A stretch of DNA of 64,000 nt from Rubripirellula sp. (GTDB taxonomy: Bacteria; Planctomycetota; Planctomycetia; Pirellulales; Pirellulaceae), in assembly GCA_965216875.1 (NCBI GenBank), contig OZ244207.1, forward strand, positions 5,152,001-5,216,000. The letters are read 5' to 3'. The position numbers and the translations under genes are program-made. Numbering within the stretch: the stretch's first letter is position 1; every line of letters starts with the position of its first letter. The notes beneath the pieces are model-generated. The model saw nothing but the letters and a program-made list of their open reading frames with translations, searched no databases and was not told the origin of the DNA. Shown piece after piece: positions 39,363 to 47,769 of this stretch.

Positions 39363-40463
39363 TCCTTGGTCGCTAAAACCAGCTTGAGGTTTTTTCGTCC
39401 CAAGAAACGCTATCGGTTCTACGTTCGGCTCTTTGCGTCCTCGCGTCTCTGCGTTCTCGCTCTCCGTCATGGTCGTATGATGTCGGGCACGCTATCTCTG
39501 GAGCCGTCGACGTCTACCTGAAGCAAACACGATCAATAATTGGGCCTACTTTGTCAACGCAAAGGCGCGAAGTCGCAAGGACGCAAGCGGGATTCGATCG
39601 GAGACCCAAGAAACGCTTGCGGTTCTGCGGTCGTCTCTTTGCGGCATTGCGCCCTCGCGTCTCTGCGTTCTCGCTCTCCGTCATGGTCGTATGATGTCGG
39701 GCACGCTATCTCTGGAGCCGTCGACGTCTACCTGAAGCAAACACGATCAATAATTGGGCCTACTTTGTCAACACAAAGGCGCGAAGTCGCAAGGACGCAA
39801 GCGGGATTCGATCGGAGACCCAAGAAGCGCTTTCGGTTCTGCGGTCGTCTCTTTGCGGCATTGCGCCCTCGCGCCTCTGCGTTCTCGCTCTCCGCCATGG
39901 TCGTATAATGTCAGGCACCCTATGTCTGGAGCTGCAGCCGCAAACGCGATCAATAATTGGGCCGACTTTGTCAACGCAAAGGCGCGAAGTCGCAAGGACG
40001 CAAGGGGATTCGATTTATGGAGACCTCTTTGCCCAACTACGCGTCCTTGGTCGCTAAACCAAGCTTAAGGTTCTTTCGTCCCAAGAAACGCTTTCGGTTC
40101 TGCGTTCGCCTCTTTGCGGCATTGCGCCCTCGCGCCTCTGCGTTCTCGCTCTCCGCCATGGTCGTATAATGTCAGGCACCCTATGTCTGGAGCTGCAGCC
40201 GCAAACGCGATCAATAATTGGGCCGACTTTGTCAACGCAAAGGCGCGAAGTCGCAAGGACGCAAGGGGATTCGATTTATGGAGACCTCTTTGCCCAACTA
40301 CGCGTCCTTGGTCGCTAAACCAAGCTTAAGGTTCTTTCGTCCCAAGAAACGCTTTCGGTTCTGCGTTCGCCTCTTTGCGGCATTGCGCCCTCGCGCCTCT
40401 GCGTCTCGCTCTCCGTCATGGTCATATAATGTTGGGCACCCGATGTCTGGAGCCGTCGACGTC
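39363..40463. repeat. Tandem mosaic array of long non-coding repeats, five copies of the core
   Basis: CCCAAGAA anchors at 39399, 39605, 39819, 40080 and 40341 (periods 206, 214, 261, 261 bp). Units contain alternating 31-bp inverted arms AACGCAAAGGCGCGAAGTCGCAAGGACGCAA and TTGCGGCATTGCGCCCTCGCGCCTCTGCGTT. Confidence 0.93.
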
Positions 40464-40541
40464 CAAAAGAACAAACTCAAAGGAAGTACGTTCGTGGACA
40501 TTCCATCCTCGTAGCTGGATAAGTAATCAGGCGAAGTATGC

Positions 40542-41258
40542 ATGCAAAGTTTGAACCACTTCGGCTACGGCTTGATCGAAAACGTACTCGATCCATCGGA
40601 GTGTGACGATGTTCGTGAGCAGATTGATTCTGTCTTTGCCTCCGGCGACGATGCGACGATCGAATCGGCCGGGCATGTCGTCGGCTCACGTAACCTGATT
40701 GACCTCTGGCATGGTTGGCAACGTATCGTCGAAAAGTCTGCAGTCGCCGACTTGATTCGCACCGCTGTCGGTGAAAACGCGGGGCTGGTGCGAATTTTGT
40801 TCTTCAACAAGCCGCCCGGACAGGGTTGGTCGCTTTCGATGCACCGTGACCAATCGATCGCGGTCAAAACGCACGTCGAACCAGCAGCACCGTTCTCAAA
40901 ACCCACACTCAAAGGCGGCGTGCCTCATGTCGTCGCCAACGATGAACTCTTGAGCCGAATGCTAACTCTGCGTTTGCACTTGGACGCGATGCACGATGGA
41001 AACGGGCCGCTGGTTGTGATCCCCAAGTCGCACGCGACGCGCGACAACGACGTCGCCGAGTCAACGATGAACGTCATTCATTGCAACGCTGGCGATTTGT
41101 TCGTAATGCGTCCGCTCTTGATGCATGCCAGCCGCGATCGCGAACCGGGCAACACAAACCATCGCCGCGTCATCCATCTCGAAATCGCCCCCGATCCCAA
41201 CCTGCCAGGCGAATACACCTGGCATCGCTTCCTACCGATCAAGCCGCTTTCTTCGTAA
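40542..41258 (+). CDS. Phytanoyl-CoA dioxygenase (PhyH) family 2OG-Fe(II) oxygenase
   Basis: HRD...LHLD..NGPLVVIPKSH...HAS...RRVIHLE facial-triad pattern. Confidence 0.88.
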   Translation: MQSLNHFGYGLIENVLDPSECDDVREQIDSVFASGDDATIESAGHVVGSRNLIDLWHGWQRIVEKSAVADLIRTAVGENAGLVRILFFNKPPGQGWSLSMHRDQSIAVKTHVEPAAPFSKPTLKGGVPHVVANDELLSRMLTLRLHLDAMHDGNGPLVVIPKSHATRDNDVAESTMNVIHCNAGDLFVMRPLLMHASRDREPGNTNHRRVIHLEIAPDPNLPGEYTWHRFLPIKPLSS

Positions 41259-41316
41259 TGGACGAGGCCACTACGAAATCAGGGACTCGTCCACCGTTTT
41301 TAGTTCGGAGACACAG

Positions 41317-42651
41317 CTAACGAAGTGACTGCAATTCCCGCACGAGTTGTTCGAGTTCTCGCATGGCCGGTTGCCCTTGCCGAACGGCATACTGGCCCGG
41401 TCTTGGGGTGTTTAACTTAAGTTCACCCTCGCCACCGAGTACGTTCCAACAGTCGGGCGCGACACAACACTCAACGACGTACCTCACCCGATTAGCATCT
41501 CGCATTGGCCCTTGGCGGATGGAGAACCGCTGCATGGCAAGATTCGACAATGCGTCCTCCTCGGTCATCACGACCAACTTCCCTGGTTGCTCCACCCAAG
41601 TGCAATCGTGCTGGCCGAGCACCAGATCAAGTGCATCTTTGACAGAGACGCCATTCAGATGGATGTCGATCGCATGCCGTTTGCTTTCCAAGTCAAGGCC
41701 CACATCACGAAGCCCAGCCGAGGGTTCAATGGTCAGATCTATCTGCTTACTGACGAACGCAAGGATGTCCGCAATCGGCGCGTTGTCCATTGAGATCGAA
41801 ATCGACTGCGTGTCGAACCGATGTCCGTATTGACGAGGGAGAGGTTGACGATTGAGGTCCCTGGCCAACTGGCGATGAACCTCGGGTGATTGTCGAATCA
41901 CATAAACGGAACCGAACGGTTGAACGACCCCAATGCCTCCCATGGACTCCCATGAATCAGGAGCAACTCGTCGCTCGATTTGCGTCTTGACACCATCGAA
42001 ATTGCGATTGGGTGTCGCAAAGCGATAAATCCGAGTCTCTACAAAACGGTTCTCCAAAGCCTCGTGGGACGTCAACACCAGCACGGTCTGCGTGGTGCAC
42101 CAAGACATATCGACCGCCGCGAGCGTTGCATCGAGCTGCTGAGCCAGGTTCTTGTGCCCAGCGGAAAGTGTGACAGGCGTGCGTACATTCAAGCCCAATC
42201 GATCGGCGGCTTTGACATCGACAAAGACGGGAAGCTGCAAGAGCTTGTGGAGCTCGCCGAGTGTCGTTTCTGCTGGCGTTAGAGGTGGTCCAGCAAGCTT
42301 CGAAGCGATCCGCTTATTTGTCGCACTCGGCGTCACACTCTTGGAGGTTTGACCGTTTCGTTTTCGAAGAAACGCGCGATCGGCAACGCTCAGCTTGTCG
42401 ATCGGTACCGAGATTCGCTTTCCCTGTTTCGTGCGCAAGGTAACCAAAGCACCATCGGACTCGAGAAGCTTGGCGACCACCGAGAAACTACCTGAAGCAT
42501 CACGCCAAATGCGCTCGTGTGATTCCTGTGCGATCGCTGTGGTCTGATTGAGCGAAACGCAACTGCCAACCACAATCAAGAAAGCGGCGACGGCGCTCAG
42601 TCTCGGTAGACGCCGAGTGCGGTAGTTCGTTCTGTTTGAAAACACTTGCAT
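41317..42651 (-). CDS. Secreted SHD1-domain protein with two secretin-N-domain-like repeats
   Basis: Signal peptide; SHD1 motif RIWRDASGSFSVVAKL...VPIDKLSVADRAFL; two VAPD(S/C)W..GG.G...(I/V)RQ repeats. Confidence 0.72.
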   Translation of the reverse strand: MQVFSNRTNYRTRRLPRLSAVAAFLIVVGSCVSLNQTTAIAQESHERIWRDASGSFSVVAKLLESDGALVTLRTKQGKRISVPIDKLSVADRAFLRKRNGQTSKSVTPSATNKRIASKLAGPPLTPAETTLGELHKLLQLPVFVDVKAADRLGLNVRTPVTLSAGHKNLAQQLDATLAAVDMSWCTTQTVLVLTSHEALENRFVETRIYRFATPNRNFDGVKTQIERRVAPDSWESMGGIGVVQPFGSVYVIRQSPEVHRQLARDLNRQPLPRQYGHRFDTQSISISMDNAPIADILAFVSKQIDLTIEPSAGLRDVGLDLESKRHAIDIHLNGVSVKDALDLVLGQHDCTWVEQPGKLVVMTEEDALSNLAMQRFSIRQGPMRDANRVRYVVECCVAPDCWNVLGGEGELKLNTPRPGQYAVRQGQPAMRELEQLVRELQSLR

Positions 42652-42819
42652 GTTGATGACGAGCGTGAGTTCGAATGCGATCCATTGGGTGAACGGCTGT
42701 CGAGGCACATCGAGGCAGTCTGTTCTTGATCCACTTCCGCACATAGTTTCCTGAACCGAAGGGCGACGAACGCGACAGGTTTTCTTGCAAATTTTGCATC
42801 ACGGATTCAAAATGGCGAA

Positions 42820-43413
42820 ATGCCCGAGCAAGAAATACTTGAGTCGACCGCCACCGAGCCAAAATCAAATGCGGAAACCTCGCGAAATTGGCACGCACTA
42901 CTGGGTGAGTGGATCACCCAATCGTGTCGACATGGGTTTTCGAAATTCCCCCATCTAAGACGTTGGGAAATGACGGGCGATGTCGCGCAGTTGGCAACTC
43001 TTTCGCTGCTTGACGCCATTGATTCGAAGAAAGTGGACCCAACGTCGGACGAACACTTGCGACGAATCGTAACACTGCATGTGAAATGGACGTTCCTGAC
43101 CCTTTCTCGGCAGCATCGCCGGTCGATTCGATCGACACATGCAACGCCTTTCGTGGATGAAGCCAGACGCAGGCCAGAGGAATCACTGGCGGCAGAGTTC
43201 ACACCTTTGAAGCAGAGAGTCGATTGGCTGCAGTTTCACTTCGCCGTCGACGCGCTGCCCGATCTGCAGCGCGAGGTGTTTCGCAAGGTGTGGTACGACG
43301 AAATGAAAAAGTCGGAAATTGCCCTGCAACTTGAGATCAGCCTGCGAACCGTCCAGCGAAACTACCGACTTGCCTGCGAGCGACTCATGGGAACGTTGGG
43401 CGAATTCAGTTGA
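42820..43413 (+). CDS. Kinase-associated ECF sigma factor (planctomycete type)
   Basis: FPHLRRWEMTGDVAQ in region 2; LPDLQREVF...KSEIALQLEISLRTVQRNY in region 4. Confidence 0.82.
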   Translation: MPEQEILESTATEPKSNAETSRNWHALLGEWITQSCRHGFSKFPHLRRWEMTGDVAQLATLSLLDAIDSKKVDPTSDEHLRRIVTLHVKWTFLTLSRQHRRSIRSTHATPFVDEARRRPEESLAAEFTPLKQRVDWLQFHFAVDALPDLQREVFRKVWYDEMKKSEIALQLEISLRTVQRNYRLACERLMGTLGEFS

Positions 43414-43444
43414 CCAGCATTCACTAGTTGCTGCTTTTCCGCTG

Positions 43445-43520
43445 GTAGCTACGCTCGCCAATGTGCGGGGCAAAGCTGAGCGGCTTGCAAGAGAAATCCA
43501 CCCTCTGACATAGGTAGCTA
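43445..43520. repeat. Degenerate GTAGCTAC-family REP doublet
   Basis: GTAGCTACGCTCGCCAATGTGCGG...CCACCCTCTGACATAGGTAGCTA, a decayed version of 13646-13723. Confidence 0.65.
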
Positions 43521-43569
43521 GTTGTCTTGCGGCTTGCGAAGCGATCTGAGCTGCGATTCAATTCATTGA

Positions 43570-46500
43570 ATGAGTGCGTCACAAGAAGACAATCCGAGTG
43601 AGCTGCAGGACCCGAAGGTGGGTGAACTGCTCGACGAGTTTCTGCTTGCTGAGGAATCAGGTACTCCCTTCACGCCGGAAGAACTCTGTGGTGACGACCT
43701 TGAGTTGCTCGCGGCTTTGCGCCGCGCGATTGACCGCCAGCGTCGCTTCGAAGCACTGAAAGACGATTCCGATCAGTTGCCCCTGGTTTATGGTGCCTAC
43801 GACGTTGTCGAAACTCTCGGCAAGGGTGGTTGCGGAACGGTTTTTCGAGCCAAGCATCGGCATCTGCAACGCGATGCAGCCGTGAAGGTTGTTGTGTTGT
43901 CGGAGAACAATCCTCTCGCGGAGGCACATTTCATTCGTGAGATCGAGGTTGTCAGAGAGTTCGAACACGATCGGGTTGCAACGATCTTTGACAGTGGAGT
44001 TCTTAACCATGGGACAACCACCATCGGCTGGCTAGCGATGGAGTACATGCCTGGTGGCCAGATCGACAAATATGTTTCGAACACCGGACGAACAGAACGA
44101 GACGTTCTTTCATTGATTCGGTCTGTCGTCTCAACCCTAAGAGATGCTCATCAGTCAGGGATTCTCCATCACGACATCAAGCCTGGAAACATATTGATGT
44201 CCGAGCATGGTGAGCCGCACCTTACCGACTTTGGTTTGGCGAGAATCGCCGGCAGCAATCCTTCCACGAATCTGGTCGGTCCCGTTGGTACACCTGGGTA
44301 CATTGCGCCCGAACTCAAAGACGGCAATCACCGCCCGGGAGTGACGTCCGAGATCTATAGCCTTGGGGTCGTGCTCGGCAAACTGCTGTGCCAATCGGCT
44401 AGTAGGGAAACAACTGTCGACCAAAAGCCAACTGCCGATGAATCCCCAACGGTCGTTGACAGCCAAACTGTCGACACCAGCGAACACTCGTCGCGCAAAC
44501 GAAAACAATATCGTGTCCCTGGCGGACGACGGTCGCGTGACCTCAATGCGGTCCTTGATCGGATGACTGCAGTGGTGCCAGAGCAGCGTTATTCATCGTT
44601 CGTTCAACTCTTGGCAGAGATCGACCGGCTCCTCGATGGTGATTTGGTTGCGGCTCGCCCCGTCTCATTGGCGGAAAAGGGGATCCGATGGATTCACCGC
44701 AATCCCTCTCGGGCACTTCTGTGGAGCTTCTTCGGAGCAACGCTGATAACGATCCTTGGGCTCGTCGTCGCCAACGTCGCTGCGCGGTATGACCACGCAC
44801 GAGAAGTCGACAAAAAGAATCACGCACTCCTGGCTCGGGAGGAGCAACTGCACAGGGCGACGGTGAGTTCGCGGCTCCGATCGATTCAGCCGCTTCTGAA
44901 TCACAATCGAATCGTAGTGCAGAAGCAACTCGAGGATGAAACACTCTTCCCGCCTGCGTTTCGGGGTTTTGCCTGGAATTACCTCCGCGCAGAAGCGGCG
45001 GTTGATACGTTCGACCTTTCAAATGTGGGCGAAGGATTCGAATCGATCCATCAGATCAAGTTTTCGCCCGATAACCGAAAACTTGCCGTCTGCAGCAAGC
45101 CGAATTGTCTTTCTCTAATCGACATATCAAACGGCCAGCGACAAATTGTCTCTCGTGCCGCTTGGCCCGTTGGGACGGTGCTATCGGCTCCTGGAATGGC
45201 AACGTTCTTCTGCCAGGAATCAAACGGAAACCTGCTTGAGGTTTCCTGGGAGTCTGGCGAGGTGATAAGACGCATCCCACTCCCCGCGCCGGTGAGAGCA
45301 AGAACCGCATTGAACTCGCAAGGCGATCGGGTTTATGGGCTCACGAAGCAAGGCCAGCCATTCAGGATGGACCTGGCATCGGAAGAAACGAAGCTTGGCA
45401 AGGATCACATCGAAGGAATTCCGGCTGGCCTGTGGCTGACACCCGACGACCAAGTCTTGCATTGCGTGACCCGACAAGGGCTCTGGCAAAGATGGAATGC
45501 AGATACACTCGAAGAAGTGCAACAGCAGAACCTTTTTGATTTCCTTCCCCCTGAATTCTTTCAGTTCAGTTCATCGGACGTGACGCTGAGGGCAGTCGAG
45601 GCGTGCTATGAAACGAGTTTCGGTCTTTGCATTGCATTGGGGTTTAACAATCGAATCACAACCGTCGTGTGGCCCGAATCGAAGCGCAGCTATTCAGTGA
45701 TGGCTCGCTCTTCAATCCTAACGAACCATTTTGCCTTCCGACCGAGTTTCCAATGTGTTGTTCCGGACGGAAAGGGCGGGCTCTTGTTCTCCGTCTTCGA
45801 CTCAAGAGATCAGCAGGCGATCGGCCCAGTGACGGACAGCGTCATTGCTGCAGCCGTTTCGACCGATCAGACGTGGATCGCGACCGGGGGAAGCAAGGGA
45901 AAGCTCTTCGTGAGGCGATTCCTCAATGCGTCCGAAAGAGCGATGAAAATGCACACGTTCCGAGGAGAGGATCTTGGATTCGGACCTCCGGTGCGAACGA
46001 TTCCATTAGGATCGTCTGGTGAAACGCTTGTCTGTCATCGTGAAGGTTGGTGTGCGGTGATCAATACCGACACGGGCCAAATGCTCGAAGGGTTTCAGAT
46101 GAACGAATCCCAGTTTTCGACGAGTGCTCATGCGGCAAAGAGCGAGTTGGTTGCACTTGGTTTTCGTGAACCCAACAGCCGGATCGTGGCGCTGCAAATC
46201 GAAGGTGGTCGACTCTGCCAAGGGCAACCATCGTCACCGCGACAATCGTCCCCTGAAACACCTTTATTCCTTCCGCCAAAGCCATTGTTTGAGATTGATT
46301 GTGATGCGAACGTTACTGCGGTGTCTTTCACCAAGAACGAAAACGATCTAGTCGTTGCCCTGCGTAACGGCGACTTATTCACGGTCGACGTTGCTTCCGG
46401 AAGAATCGTGCGACGTTGGAACAAGTTCAATGCCTCATCGGCTTGCCTTTCGATGTCGGCAATCGGCGAGGACATGCTGTGCGGGTGCGCCGATGGTTGG

Positions 46501-46962
46501 ATTCACCGACTTGACATCAATAACGGAACGATCAGAAATTCGTGGAAAGCCGGGAACAGCCGCGTCTATTCGCTGGTCACGATTCGGGATGCTTCCCGAA
46601 TCGTCAGCGGGATGGCATCCGGAGCCATGCGAGTTTTTGACACGCAAGGCACGCTGCTCGGACAAATGTCGGGGCACCAGGGGCGAGTCGTTTCGTTGGC
46701 AGTCAGCTCAGACGGCCAAACACTGGCCAGCGGAAGTGCGGATCGCAAGATCGCGATCTGGGACACGCTGAGTGGCGAGATGCAACTGCTGCTCGAACGC
46801 CATACCGACTCCGTAACGGATTTGTGTTTTCACGGTGATGCCAGCGAACTTTGGTCGACATCCGTAGACGGGGCGATCTACAGGTGGACCGTTCACAACG
46901 CGGCTTCAAAGGGGCACGCCCGTTTGTTGCAAGACGCTGATCATCCGCAACCCGATGGATAA
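43570..46962 (+). CDS. Ser/Thr protein kinase with a TM segment and WD40 repeats
   Basis: GKGGCGTV, AVK, HHDIKPGN, DFG and GTPGYIAPE motifs; TM; WD repeats such as GHQGRVVSLAVSSDGQTLASGSADRKIAIWD. Confidence 0.92.
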   Translation: MSASQEDNPSELQDPKVGELLDEFLLAEESGTPFTPEELCGDDLELLAALRRAIDRQRRFEALKDDSDQLPLVYGAYDVVETLGKGGCGTVFRAKHRHLQRDAAVKVVVLSENNPLAEAHFIREIEVVREFEHDRVATIFDSGVLNHGTTTIGWLAMEYMPGGQIDKYVSNTGRTERDVLSLIRSVVSTLRDAHQSGILHHDIKPGNILMSEHGEPHLTDFGLARIAGSNPSTNLVGPVGTPGYIAPELKDGNHRPGVTSEIYSLGVVLGKLLCQSASRETTVDQKPTADESPTVVDSQTVDTSEHSSRKRKQYRVPGGRRSRDLNAVLDRMTAVVPEQRYSSFVQLLAEIDRLLDGDLVAARPVSLAEKGIRWIHRNPSRALLWSFFGATLITILGLVVANVAARYDHAREVDKKNHALLAREEQLHRATVSSRLRSIQPLLNHNRIVVQKQLEDETLFPPAFRGFAWNYLRAEAAVDTFDLSNVGEGFESIHQIKFSPDNRKLAVCSKPNCLSLIDISNGQRQIVSRAAWPVGTVLSAPGMATFFCQESNGNLLEVSWESGEVIRRIPLPAPVRARTALNSQGDRVYGLTKQGQPFRMDLASEETKLGKDHIEGIPAGLWLTPDDQVLHCVTRQGLWQRWNADTLEEVQQQNLFDFLPPEFFQFSSSDVTLRAVEACYETSFGLCIALGFNNRITTVVWPESKRSYSVMARSSILTNHFAFRPSFQCVVPDGKGGLLFSVFDSRDQQAIGPVTDSVIAAAVSTDQTWIATGGSKGKLFVRRFLNASERAMKMHTFRGEDLGFGPPVRTIPLGSSGETLVCHREGWCAVINTDTGQMLEGFQMNESQFSTSAHAAKSELVALGFREPNSRIVALQIEGGRLCQGQPSSPRQSSPETPLFLPPKPLFEIDCDANVTAVSFTKNENDLVVALRNGDLFTVDVASGRIVRRWNKFNASSACLSMSAIGEDMLCGCADGWIHRLDINNGTIRNSWKAGNSRVYSLVTIRDASRIVSGMASGAMRVFDTQGTLLGQMSGHQGRVVSLAVSSDGQTLASGSADRKIAIWDTLSGEMQLLLERHTDSVTDLCFHGDASELWSTSVDGAIYRWTVHNAASKGHARLLQDADHPQPDG

Positions 46963-47052
46963 CGACAGGTCGTTTGGCCAACACCGTTAGCACGCGCGGT
47001 ATTGGTGAACTCCGTTTGCCTTTTCTTTCATCAACACACAGAATCGAGTGTC

Positions 47053-47685
47053 ATGAGCAGCGAGCCATCAGACGAATCGATCGACTTCCCCGCGTTTCTC
47101 GCGCGTTTGGAGGCGGGTGATTCCGACGCGACGAAAAAGCTATTTGACGATTACTCGCGCAAGCTCATTCAACTCGCTGCGAACAACATCCATCCCGCCC
47201 TATTGAAACGCTTCGATGGTGAGGATGTGGTCCAGTCCGTCTTTCGAAGTTTCTATCGGCGCCAGGAGGAAGGCAAGTTCCAGATTGAACATTCACAGCA
47301 ACTTTGGCAGTTGTTGGTGACGTTGACGTTGTGCAAGACGCGATCGCACGCACGAAAACACACGGCCGAGCAACGGGATGCAACCGCTGACCAAGCGCTC
47401 GCGCATGAGAATCAGATACTTGCTCAACAGCCATCTTCAGTCGAAGCGATCGCCCTGTGGGAAGAAATCAGCGTGGTCCTCGACGGACTTCCGGAACGCA
47501 CTGCGGAGATCATTTCGATGCGTTTGGAAGGGAGGACAAGGTCAGAGATCGCGAGCCAACTCGACCTGTCACGACAATCGATTCATCGGATTTTGAAACT
47601 GGTCCAGGAGCGTTTGGAAAAGCGTTTTGACCGGTTTTCGTCGCCAGGAACGGAAAACTCAAAAAATCCGACGGAATCTGATTGA
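47053..47685 (+). CDS. Kinase-associated ECF sigma factor
   Basis: FDGEDVVQSVFRSF, LWQLL and MRLEGRTRSEIASQL..SRQSIHRIL motifs. Confidence 0.9.
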   Translation: MSSEPSDESIDFPAFLARLEAGDSDATKKLFDDYSRKLIQLAANNIHPALLKRFDGEDVVQSVFRSFYRRQEEGKFQIEHSQQLWQLLVTLTLCKTRSHARKHTAEQRDATADQALAHENQILAQQPSSVEAIALWEEISVVLDGLPERTAEIISMRLEGRTRSEIASQLDLSRQSIHRILKLVQERLEKRFDRFSSPGTENSKNPTESD

Positions 47686-47769
47686 CACTTTTCGTCGCCA
47701 TCGCGATGAGTCCGTTAGAACGAGAATCGATCAAAAACCCTCTCACTCGCACTAGCGACGGGAGCCCTC

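Noticed and set aside
39363..40463. Possible CRISPR array
   Set aside because: Units are 200-260 bp, the intervening sequences are repeated rather than unique, and there are no cas genes in the window.
39279..40543. Short ORFs within the repeat array (e.g. 39540-39908, 39754-40068, 40218-40514)
   Set aside because: Different copies read in different frames after small indels, most starts are TTG and there are no domain motifs, so they are by-products of the repeat.
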